This document shows, in pieces, positions 49,261 to 56,520 of a stretch of DNA of 58,226 bases. How positions within the stretch are numbered: the stretch's first letter is position 1; each line of letters begins with the position of its first letter. This DNA comes from an uncultured Lentisphaeria bacterium (GTDB lineage: Bacteria; Verrucomicrobiota; Lentisphaeria; Victivallales; UBA1829), in assembly GCA_937900075.1 (NCBI GenBank), contig CALCCZ010000102.1, forward strand, positions 1 to 58,226. The letters run 5' to 3'. Made by a program: the position numbers and the translations under genes. Under the pieces are notes generated by a model. The model did not search any database and was not told the origin of the DNA. It saw only the letters and a list, made by a program, of their open reading frames with translations.

Positions 49261-49309
49261 TTTTTACCTTTCGTTGTGTACAAAACGGTATATCTTGCCG
49301 CTTTGCGAT

Positions 49310-50410
49310 TTATGATTTGGCAATCCGTTTGAAATAATGAGGGGAATCACCATGTTGCGACCAGTTGATAGTCTCTCCGATTTCCGTAATGGAATCTGTA
49401 AGACGACGACGGATTTCAGGAGCATTTTCATCGCAGTCCGGCTTGCCGGTATAAAGCTGATAACTCCCGCGATATGCAGTATCCGTAATGTTCGGCATAA
49501 TCACATTGGCTCCGGCAAGCAGTCCGCGTTCCCTGCCATTCGCTGCAAGCGTCTGTAAGGCAGTAGTAGCTGCAATATTGGTATCATGGAGAAAGAGTCT
49601 GGTAACCGCAATCATTTTCAAGCCGGATTCGAGCTGCCGGAAACGGAAGTCTGCGGTATCGGGGAAATCTTTGCCCAAAGGCGTATCCGGATGCGGCAGC
49701 CAGGGCCCCATGCCGATCATGTCCGCATCCTGCGCTGCAAAAAAGAGAATATCATCCGCCAAATCTTCAAGCGTCTGACCGGGCAGACCGATCATTACAC
49801 CGGTCCCGACCTGATAACCGCAGCGTTTCAGAATATCCAAACATTCTTTCCTCCGGACATACGAATGGTTTGACGGATGAAGTTCCGCATATAATGCCGG
49901 ATTTGACGTCTCAATGCGAAGCAGATAACGATGCGCGCCCGCCTGAAACCAACGGCGGTAAACCTCTTCCGTCTGCTCCCCGAGAGAAAGCGTAACGCCC
50001 ATTTTTCCACCCGAAAAATCTCGAATACGATGTAGAATCTCCTCAATTTCTTCCGTGTGCCGGTCCATTTCAATTTCACCGGACTGAATCACTACAGAAC
50101 CATATTGCAGGTCATCCGCATATTTTGCCATTCTGACAACATCGTCAGCACTCAACCGGTAACGCTGTATCCGGGAATTGGAACTGCGAATACCGCAGTA
50201 CAGACAATTCTTCGAACAGATATTACCCATCTCAATAAGTCCGCGTAAACTGACTGTCGCGCCGGAATATTTCAACTTCAGGCGATATGCTGCTTGAAAA
50301 AGCTGTTCCTTTTCCGGTTCATCGGAAAGCTGCAACAAAAAAACCATTTCTCGGCGTGACAGATTGTGCGGGCAGGAAACGGCTTTTTCCAGAATGGATG
50401 AAAGTGTCAT
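49310..50410 (-). CDS. hydE: HydE-like radical SAM enzyme ([FeFe]-hydrogenase maturase HydE family)
   Basis: CSKNCLYCGIRSSNSRIQRYRL (CX3CX2C). GVTLSLGEQTEEVYRRWFQAGAHRYLLRIETSNPALYAELHP and GLPGQTLEDLADDILF track Thermotoga HydE closely by eye. Confidence 0.7.
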   Translation of the reverse strand: MTLSSILEKAVSCPHNLSRREMVFLLQLSDEPEKEQLFQAAYRLKLKYSGATVSLRGLIEMGNICSKNCLYCGIRSSNSRIQRYRLSADDVVRMAKYADDLQYGSVVIQSGEIEMDRHTEEIEEILHRIRDFSGGKMGVTLSLGEQTEEVYRRWFQAGAHRYLLRIETSNPALYAELHPSNHSYVRRKECLDILKRCGYQVGTGVMIGLPGQTLEDLADDILFFAAQDADMIGMGPWLPHPDTPLGKDFPDTADFRFRQLESGLKMIAVTRLFLHDTNIAATTALQTLAANGRERGLLAGANVIMPNITDTAYRGSYQLYTGKPDCDENAPEIRRRLTDSITEIGETINWSQHGDSPHYFKRIAKS

Positions 50411-50889
50411 TCAGCTGAATCCGGAAGCAAATCTGCCAGAATTTTGATACAGACTTTTTTGACCTTGCCGCTTCCTGCCTCAAAACCGCCCCAATGACCA
50501 TCTTGAGGGAAAAGCACAGCGAAAACACCCGGCTGCATGTCCAAATAAGCAACAGCATCCGTATCGGCAGTCGTAGAGAACTCAACATCCTTTTCCGGCG
50601 AATACGGTGTCCGGATTTCCGGGTTGCAGGTCTTTAACTGTCTCCATGCAATTCTTTCACTGCCACTGATGGTGTATTGAATGTCAATGTATTTCCGATG
50701 TGCCTCAAAAAAACCTTTTTCCTTGCCACCAGTAGCATAACTCTGCACCATGGCATATACATTTCTACCGTCCAATTCGTATGTCCCGTCGGGAGTATCT
50801 CCGGTACAGTTTTCGAGGAAAGCAAAAGCCTTTTCGAAAGCCGGACAAAGAGTTACCCTGTGCCGGTTTCCAATTCTGTCGCAAATCAT
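50407..50889 (-). CDS. YhcH/YjgK/YiaL (DUF386) family protein
   Basis: YELDGRNVYAMV...EAHRKYIDIQYTISGSERI...PGVFAVLFPQDGH...KKVCIKI parallels E. coli YhcH. ATG at 50889 with a GAGG RBS. ATGA overlap with hydE. Confidence 0.8.
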   Translation of the reverse strand: MICDRIGNRHRVTLCPAFEKAFAFLENCTGDTPDGTYELDGRNVYAMVQSYATGGKEKGFFEAHRKYIDIQYTISGSERIAWRQLKTCNPEIRTPYSPEKDVEFSTTADTDAVAYLDMQPGVFAVLFPQDGHWGGFEAGSGKVKKVCIKILADLLPDSAE

Positions 50890-50899
50890 CTTATTCGCC

Positions 50900-51430
50900 T
50901 CACTTTCCGCAGCATTTTTTGTATTTTTTACCGGACCCGCAGGGACAGGGATCATTTCTTCCGATTTTCGCTTCTGCACGGACCAGAGGCGGTTGGGAAA
51001 TCAACTGTCCATCGTAGAAAAACCAGACTCCATTGATTTTATGGAACTCTGCCAGTTCATGGTGCGGCAGCTTGATTCCACGTTCAATATAAGTGGCGGT
51101 AAACTCCACAAAACCGATATCCGGATTTTCGGAATCAATTTTCGTATTGTGTATTTCAAGGCCCAGCCATTTTGAATTTTTAGACCACTGCTCGATCCCG
51201 GCACGATCATTTTCTTCCCGCTTTTCGGCTGCAATTGTGTTGTAAATGAAATCCACTTCCCCCTTCGTAAAGGCGGTATAGCGCGCTCTCATCAAATCCT
51301 CCGGACTCGCAGCAGATTTTGCGCCACTGATAATGGCACCGCAGCACTCATCATATTTTTTCCCGGACCCGCAGGGGCAAAGTTCGGTATTGATGTTTTC
51401 GTCGGAATTGATTTTTTCTGTTTTACTCAT
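50900..51430 (-). CDS. ychJ: YchJ-family protein with two SEC-C metal-binding motifs
   Basis: N-terminal [14 protein letters not shown] and C-terminal [17 protein letters not shown]. Confidence 0.85.
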   Translation of the reverse strand: MSKTEKINSDENINTELCPCGSGKKYDECCGAIISGAKSAASPEDLMRARYTAFTKGEVDFIYNTIAAEKREENDRAGIEQWSKNSKWLGLEIHNTKIDSENPDIGFVEFTATYIERGIKLPHHELAEFHKINGVWFFYDGQLISQPPLVRAEAKIGRNDPCPCGSGKKYKKCCGK

Positions 51431-51502
51431 TGTTAGAACTCCTGTTAAATTGGTTATTCACGTATAATACGCCTTTTTTTAAAAAAATCAAATGAAATTT
51501 GA

Positions 51503-51531
51503 TTGCAATACGGATATTTCAGTGTTATAAT
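51503..51531 (+). promoter_or_regulatory. Candidate promoter of pseudopilin gene 1, overlapping a palindrome
   Basis: TTGCAA - 17 nt - TATAAT. The adjacent inverted repeat AATCAAA-tgaaa-TTTGATT (51486-51504) overlaps the -35 element. Confidence 0.4.
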
Positions 51532-51613
51532 ACGTATGTTTGTGTTCTTTACGAAGAAAACTGTGTTCTTTATGGTCTTTATACCTTCAATTTTATCCCG
51601 GAGCCTACGAAAA

Positions 51614-52291
51614 ATGAAAACTAAAAAATTCTTCACTCTTATCGAAATCATGGTCTCAATGCTGGTCGTCCTGATCGTAATCGGTGCCATTATGGTAATT
51701 GGGCCGGCAGTCAAACGTATGAACGGTGAATCAAAAACCAAGGCTTTGATAAAAATCGTCTGTGTCGCTTTGGATGAGTACTATTCCACATTCGGGTATT
51801 ATCCGATTAGCCGCCTGCCCGCCAGTATTGAAACCGGCAATACCGATAAGATTAATGAAATCGGTTATCAGGTCTTTTATTTAGACCATAGTGAATCCAA
51901 CGGCGATGAATACACTGCCGAAAGCAACAATATGATGCAGTTCTTCGACTCGGATTCTCTGTCCGGAAGCATGAAAGCCGATTTGGCAACCCAGCTCCCC
52001 TACCTCAATGATGCCTTCGGAATGCCTCTCATTTACCGGTCACCCGGTCAGCACAATACAAATTCTTTTGACATCATTTCAACGGGCGCCAACCTTAAGC
52101 CGGGTACCGGAAAGGATCCCAATACAGGAGCCGTGCTGGTCGATGCATTGAAGCTGGAGGAACAGGTCAATTCCAAAACAGGAAAGAAATACGGGTTGAG
52201 TACTCAGGGAAAACCCCCTTATATGTGCTTCAACCCGGATATCGCTCCCTATCTTGGACAAGGGGATGACCTTTCGAATTTCAACGACTGA
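51614..52291 (+). CDS. Prepilin-type N-terminal domain protein (type II secretion / type IV pilin-like pseudopilin)
   Basis: MKTKKFFTLIEIMVSMLVVLIVIGAI: FTLIE methylation motif plus hydrophobic helix. The ATG at 51614 is preferred over the track start at 51503. Confidence 0.7.
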   Translation: MKTKKFFTLIEIMVSMLVVLIVIGAIMVIGPAVKRMNGESKTKALIKIVCVALDEYYSTFGYYPISRLPASIETGNTDKINEIGYQVFYLDHSESNGDEYTAESNNMMQFFDSDSLSGSMKADLATQLPYLNDAFGMPLIYRSPGQHNTNSFDIISTGANLKPGTGKDPNTGAVLVDALKLEEQVNSKTGKKYGLSTQGKPPYMCFNPDIAPYLGQGDDLSNFND

Positions 52292-52493
52292 TTCCGGAGT
52301 GAATGGAACGAATACGCAAATTTCGCCTTTTCATTGCTGAAAACATAGAAAATACCCCGATTTCCATCCAAAGACGGTTTGAAAAAGTAAAAAAACACGC
52401 TATTTTATCGAATATATCTTGAAGTTTACAAGTCAAAGAACATAAATTGGAAATGTCAAAATGAATACTGACATTCCGGAAAGGAATTAGAAA

Positions 52494-53102
52494 ATGGGCC
52501 TTCATAAACACAGTTTCACCTTGATTGAAATCCTCGTTGTAATCGCTATCATCGGCATACTTGCAAGTATCCTTTTCCCGGTTCTGCTCGGCGTCGGAGA
52601 ACAAGGAAGAAAGACGGAAACACAAACTCTCGTAAACGGAGTCCGTCAGGCTGTCATGCAGTATAAAAGCGAATATTTCTCGCTTCCCAACCCCAGAGGT
52701 GACAGCGGAGACTCAAAAATCGGTGGTTTCGATGCCAATAACCACAGAAAAATCGGTGATACAAACTACTATACTTTCTTTGACATTCTGACCTATTCCA
52801 ATCATAGCGATAAGGATGGTGACCCATCCTCTGCAGCCCAGAAACAGAACCCCAAAGGAATTTCCTTCCTGACACCAACCAAATCTTACTTCGATAAAAA
52901 CAACGAAACGAATGGTATTCGTGACTCCTGGCATCAGCCTTTGGAAGTTCACATGGATTACAGCGGGGACGGCAAAGTGGACCTCGGAACAAACTACGGC
53001 AGCTTCAGCGGTACTCATAAAGCCGAATGCGTTGTCCTTTCCATGGGCCCCCAGAAGGGCAAAGGCCTGAACAAGGGTATTTACATCTCCTCCTCCAAGT
53101 AA
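52494..53102 (+). CDS. Prepilin-type N-terminal domain protein (GspG-like pseudopilin)
   Basis: MGLHKHSFTLIEILVVIAIIGILASILFPVL. Confidence 0.8.
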   Translation: MGLHKHSFTLIEILVVIAIIGILASILFPVLLGVGEQGRKTETQTLVNGVRQAVMQYKSEYFSLPNPRGDSGDSKIGGFDANNHRKIGDTNYYTFFDILTYSNHSDKDGDPSSAAQKQNPKGISFLTPTKSYFDKNNETNGIRDSWHQPLEVHMDYSGDGKVDLGTNYGSFSGTHKAECVVLSMGPQKGKGLNKGIYISSSK

Positions 53103-53119
53103 TTTCAATTGAAACCAAT

Positions 53120-53151
53120 AAGGATGTCCGGACAATTTCCGACATCCTTTT
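53120..53151 (+). terminator. Hairpin terminator after pseudopilin gene 2
   Basis: AAGGATGTC(C)GG / CCGACATCCTT stem followed by TTTT. Confidence 0.5.
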
Positions 53152-53187
53152 CCATATTCAAAAACACGTTACAATAAGGAAAATCAA

Positions 53188-54060
53188 ATGATTACAATCG
53201 GCTTAAGTTCCTATAGCATGTCTCGTGCCATCAATGACGGACGCATGGACATTTTTCAGGTTATGGATTTTATCAAAGCCAACGGCGGAAAACACATTGA
53301 AATGGTTCCCTGCGGAAAACTGAGCATGTATAAGGATGGAAAAATCGATGAAGAGTTCATCGATAAGATTGTTCAGTATTCTCAAAAAATCGAACTTCCC
53401 GTTTCCAGTTATACCATCGGCGCAAATTTCGCTTTGGACAGCGATGAAGATGTCCGTAAGGAAATTGAACGTATTAAAGTCGAAATCGATGTCGCGGCAA
53501 AACTGGGTGTTAAACGTATGCGTCACGATGCCGGCTGGTCAAATGTCGCAACCTATTCCGTTTATGAAAAATATTTGCCGAAAGTTGTCTATGCTTTTCA
53601 GGAACTCGCGGACTACGCAAAACCCTTCGGCATCACAACCAGCCTGGAAAACCACGGTTATTTGTTCCAGGGAAGCGAACGTGTTCAGCGCGTAATCAAT
53701 GCCGTTGCACGGGATAATTTCCGTACCACTATGGACGTCGGCAACTTCCTCTGCGCTGATGAATGCCCGGTAATCGCTGCTCAGAATAACCTGCCTTTTG
53801 CTTCCTTTATCCATTTCAAGGATTTCTATATCCGCAAAAATCCCGCTTGCAAAGACGGTTATTTCCGCTCTATGCACGGCATGTGGCTGAAGGGTGCCGT
53901 CACCGGAGAAGGTGATGTGGATCTGGTTACTATTACAAAACTTATCAAAGAATCCGATTATGACGGCTTCCTGTCCATTGAATTCGAAGGATCCGAAGAT
54001 TGTGTAGAAGCGTGTGTTCGATCCCTGCGTAATGTCAATGCTCTTTTCGAGAATAACTGA
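53188..54060 (+). CDS. Sugar phosphate isomerase/epimerase (xylose-isomerase-like TIM barrel)
   Basis: 290 aa. GGKHIEMV, GVKRMRHDAG, LENHGYL, TTMDVGNF and LSIEFEG conform to the AP-endonuclease-2/XylA-like TIM family pattern. Confidence 0.8.
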   Translation: MITIGLSSYSMSRAINDGRMDIFQVMDFIKANGGKHIEMVPCGKLSMYKDGKIDEEFIDKIVQYSQKIELPVSSYTIGANFALDSDEDVRKEIERIKVEIDVAAKLGVKRMRHDAGWSNVATYSVYEKYLPKVVYAFQELADYAKPFGITTSLENHGYLFQGSERVQRVINAVARDNFRTTMDVGNFLCADECPVIAAQNNLPFASFIHFKDFYIRKNPACKDGYFRSMHGMWLKGAVTGEGDVDLVTITKLIKESDYDGFLSIEFEGSEDCVEACVRSLRNVNALFENN

Positions 54061-54104
54061 CACAGCTGACAAAGAATAAATCACAACTGTTGAATTTTCA
54101 AAGC

Positions 54105-54137
54105 CGTGTGCCTGCGAAACAGGTACACGTTTTTTTT
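54105..54137 (+). terminator. Strong intrinsic terminator
   Basis: CGTGTGCCTG cgaaa CAGGTACACG + T8. Confidence 0.8.
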
Positions 54138-54148
54138 ACGCAAAAATA

Positions 54149-54690
54149 TTTTATATTTTTTCACAGATATATCTTTTGGTAATCTGCCGGAAACAACGGA
54201 CAAGAATATCTCCAGTGTTGCATATTGTTTGACCTGATGCATAACGTTCGCATCAGGTCATTCCCCCCATCCCGTTTTGCACAATCACGAAAATATACTA
54301 TTTATAGGTCCTATAGGTCCTATTTTTCCACCCACCCTCGCAAAATCACGAACAACATCCGGAATTTTCTTCCACCCGTAGCCCCCAACGGGGCGGCACG
54401 ATTAATAGCCAGGGGTGGAGCAGCCGAAGGCGGCGCAACCCCTGGTTTACGGTAACCAAAACCTCCCGAGCCCCAACGGGGCGGCACGAACCACTCACGG
54501 AGGAAGCCGCCTTGCGGCGCATCTCCGTGCATAACGTTCGCCTCACGGTCACCTGCCACATCCCGCCACGAACAATCACGAATAACATCCGGCGGTTTTC
54601 CCGAAAAACCTATAAGACCTATAAGTCCTATAGGTCCTATTTTTATTTGTGCCGGAAAACTCCGGCATTTTCCTCGCCACTATCCCCTAT
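54149..54690 (+). repeat. Composite intergenic repeat, copy E (largest and most complete; two Q/P/H sets plus two tandem structured units)
   Basis: TTTTTTCACAGATAT (54149). Hairpin GACCTGATGC-ATAACGTTC-GCATCAGGTC (54231-54259). GCACAATCACGAAAA (54279). TATAGGTCC x2 + TATTTTTCC (54303). GCAAAATCACGAACAACATCCGG (54340). Two box+hairpin units (54380-54529). TGCATAACGTTCGC (54528). CAATCACGAATAACATCCGGCGGTTTTC (54573). CCTATAAGA/CCTATAAGT/CCTATAGGT/CCTATTTTT (54609-54644). Hairpin GCCGGA-aaac-TCCGGC + TTTT (54651-54671). CACTATCCCCTAT (54678). Confidence 0.65.
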
Positions 54691-54995
54691 TTATTGGAGT
54701 GGAACGGAAAAAATTTCTCCGGATCTTCACCGAGTGCCGCACCGATTTTCATCGCCGCACGGCGAGAAAGAGACCGCCTCCCGGTTTCATAAGCCGAAAG
54801 CACAGTCTGACCGATGCCGGTCATTTCCGCAAGTTGCTTTTGTGAAAGGTTGTGCTTCAAACGAAATCCCTGAAGCAAATCCCCTGGAGTCGTCTCTTTC
54901 CAAAATTCCGTATCAAAAGCATCAACAGACTCCTCTTCGGAAGTTTCCGCTTCGTTCAAAACCGCAACAGAATATCGACTGCGGAGAAATTCCAA
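54687..54995 (-). CDS. XRE-family helix-turn-helix protein (antitoxin-like)
   Basis: LRLKHNLSQKQLAEMTGIGQTVLSAYETGRRSLS is a canonical HTH_3 segment; acidic N-terminal extension. Confidence 0.8.
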   Translation of the reverse strand: MEFLRSRYSVAVLNEAETSEEESVDAFDTEFWKETTPGDLLQGFRLKHNLSQKQLAEMTGIGQTVLSAYETGRRSLSRRAAMKIGAALGEDPEKFFPFHSNK

Positions 54996-55029
54996 AATTT
55001 CTGCAACCGCTTCTTTCGCTCCGGAAAGA

Positions 55030-55380
55030 TTATTCGGTCTCTTTTGCTGTGTTGATGGACTTTATCAGCATTACCCGAATTTGAGAGCAGTTAGTGTCAA
55101 GTCCCTGATATTTTGCTTTGTCAATATAATTTGTTTTCAGCAGAAGTTCCAGCCAGTAACTGGTTTCATTGGCTTCTTTCAAGGCGATTTGCAGTTTGGC
55201 GACAAAGTCTGCTTTGCCGTGAGCATATTGCGCTTCGTGGATATTCGCTCCGATGCTGGTTCCGGCTCTGCCGATTTGATTGGATACGATCGTTTCGTGC
55301 TGACTTTTTAACACTTTTACCAAATTCAGAATTTGCACCGCAAAGTCAATAGATAATGTACGCAACTTACTTTCTGCCAT
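55030..55380 (-). CDS. Four-helix-bundle protein (23S rRNA intervening-sequence protein / Avd-like family)
   Basis: ESKLRTLSIDFAVQI...SNQIGRAGTSIGANIHEAQYAHGKADFVAKLQIALKEANETSYWLELL is the typical family signature. ATG at 55380 preceded by AAGGAGAA. Confidence 0.8.
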   Translation of the reverse strand: MAESKLRTLSIDFAVQILNLVKVLKSQHETIVSNQIGRAGTSIGANIHEAQYAHGKADFVAKLQIALKEANETSYWLELLLKTNYIDKAKYQGLDTNCSQIRVMLIKSINTAKETE

Positions 55381-55502
55381 AATGAAATTCTCCTTACAGA
55401 AAATAATATAGCAGCGAGAAAACAAAATTCAAGACGGCTTGCCAACTGGTAAGCAAAGCGCAGTAAAAAGAAACAACCATCCTTACTCGCGGTAGCGAGC
55501 AA

Positions 55503-55675
55503 ACTTCACAAGCGGAATGTAATGGAGCGCCTTCACAAGTGTAATGGAGCGTTAGCGGAATGAAACGACTTCACAAGCAAGGCTTCAGGAGTTTTGGTGA
55601 AGATGTGAAGAAAAAACTTCGTTTTTTGAGTGAAGTTGAGCCTGACGGCCCAGTGAAGAGAAGCCTTGCGGCTTC
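55503..55675. repeat. Array of shuffled short words and small hairpins between the four-helix-bundle gene and tRNA-Ser
   Basis: CTTCACAAG x3, TAATGGAGCG x2, GCGGAATG x2, inverted GTGAAG x4. Hairpins AAAAAAC-ttc-GTTTTTT and GAAGCC-ttgc-GGCTTC. Confidence 0.5.
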
Positions 55676-55700
55676 GTTCGCCATTTTTTGGACAAAAAAA

Positions 55701-55790
55701 TGGCGGAGAGAGTGGGATTTGAACCCACGATAGAGTTACCCCTATACAGCATTTCCAATGCTGCGCCTTCGACCACTCGGCCATCTCTCC
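55701..55790 (-). tRNA. tRNA-Ser (anticodon GGA), CCA encoded
   Basis: Hand-folded: acceptor GGAGAGA/TCTCTCC, D-arm GCC-GAGTGGTCGAA-GGC, anticodon stem CAGCA/TGCTG with loop TTGGAAA, long variable arm, T-arm GTGGG-TTCAAAT-CCCAC, discriminator G, CCA. Confidence 0.95.
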
Positions 55791-55806
55791 GCAGTAAACA
55801 TCTTAA

Positions 55807-55834
55807 AATATACAGCAACTCCGACAAAATACAA
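55807..55834 (-). promoter_or_regulatory. Candidate promoter of tRNA-Ser
   Basis: On the - strand TTGTAT - 16 nt - TATATT, ending about 17 nt upstream of the tRNA 5' end. Confidence 0.4.
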
Positions 55835-55892
55835 GTCAGGAATATAAAAAAAAGCAAAAAAATTTCACCAAGTCAGAGGATTGTTTTGAATT

Positions 55893-55987
55893 ACGGTCAC
55901 TTGCCACATCCCGTCAGCACAATCACGAATAACATCCGGCGGTTTTCATACCGAAACACTATCCCCTATCCACTATCCCCTATCCCC
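55893..55987 (+). repeat. Composite intergenic repeat, copy F
   Basis: ACGGTCACTTGCCACATCCCGTCAGCACAATCACGAATAACATCCGGCGGTTTTC is near-identical to 54545-54600. It is followed by CACTATCCCCTATCCACTATCCCCTATCCCC. Confidence 0.65.
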
Positions 55988-56022
55988 TTGCCTGTGCGGA
56001 AACGATAGGGAAAGAGTCTTTT

Positions 56023-56511
56023 TTACCGGATTCCGAGGGAACGCATAAACTCGTCGATATCGCGTTCTTCCCCGATAACCAGGCGGGGGAAACGTTTTTT
56101 CAGCATAGCTGCAAAGAGGCCATTTCCGGACTCGGTAACGATGCGTTTCCCGCCTGGAGCAAAAATTTTGGTATCTGCGAGTCCGCAGCTGGGCGACTTG
56201 GCTTGAAACAGGAAACCGGATATTCCCATAGCCTCCAATTGTTCCAGTTTATTGGCGATCCAAGAGGTCATCCGCATAGTTTCATCTGCACCGGTTTCCG
56301 TGACTTTCAATCTTGTCCCTGCGGGCGAGAACTCCAGATGCATTTTAGGACGCGGGATAGACAAACCGCATTCGACTTCGGGACAAACGGGAATCAGATC
56401 GACTTTTCCGCCGAGTTTTTCGGTAATTGTTTTACTGAAACGGGACTCGCCGTCATACCGGTATTTGAAACCGATCAGGCAGGCGCTGACGCCGATTTTA
56501 AGTTTTTTCAT
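56023..56511 (-). CDS. DUF523 (YbbK/TudS-like) family protein
   Basis: MKKLKIGVSACLIGFKYRYDG...IPVCPEV is the typical DUF523 N-terminus. Confidence 0.8.
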   Translation of the reverse strand: MKKLKIGVSACLIGFKYRYDGESRFSKTITEKLGGKVDLIPVCPEVECGLSIPRPKMHLEFSPAGTRLKVTETGADETMRMTSWIANKLEQLEAMGISGFLFQAKSPSCGLADTKIFAPGGKRIVTESGNGLFAAMLKKRFPRLVIGEERDIDEFMRSLGIR

Positions 56512-56520
56512 AATGACCTT

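Noticed and set aside
49310-50410. Using hydE as evidence for an [FeFe]-hydrogenase locus
   Set aside because: No hydA, hydF or hydG lies in the window. Only the single HydE-like gene can be claimed.
54225-55084. ORFs spanning the 54.2-55.1 kb repeat region (76, 79, 80 and 190 aa)
   Set aside because: They run through repeat modules and hairpins and lack RBSs. The 190 aa ORF is antisense to the well-supported HTH gene. Recurring peptide strings such as TITNNIRRF only reflect the DNA repeat.
54380-55380. Diversity-generating retroelement, because the four-helix-bundle protein belongs to the Avd/IVS family and repeats lie nearby
   Set aside because: There is no reverse transcriptase gene in the window. 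The repeated 21-nt boxes are too short and show no adenine-specific TR/VR mismatch pattern, and no target gene carries a matching variable region.
54687-55790. Integrated prophage or genomic island at tRNA-Ser
   Set aside because: There is no integrase or phage gene, and I could find no duplicated copy of the tRNA 3' end. Only the family-type direct repeats are present, and these are reported as a finding with that caveat.
55533-56008. Three ORFs (83, 90, 106 aa) overlapping tRNA-Ser
   Set aside because: They overlap a confidently folded tRNA and repeat modules, so they are spurious.
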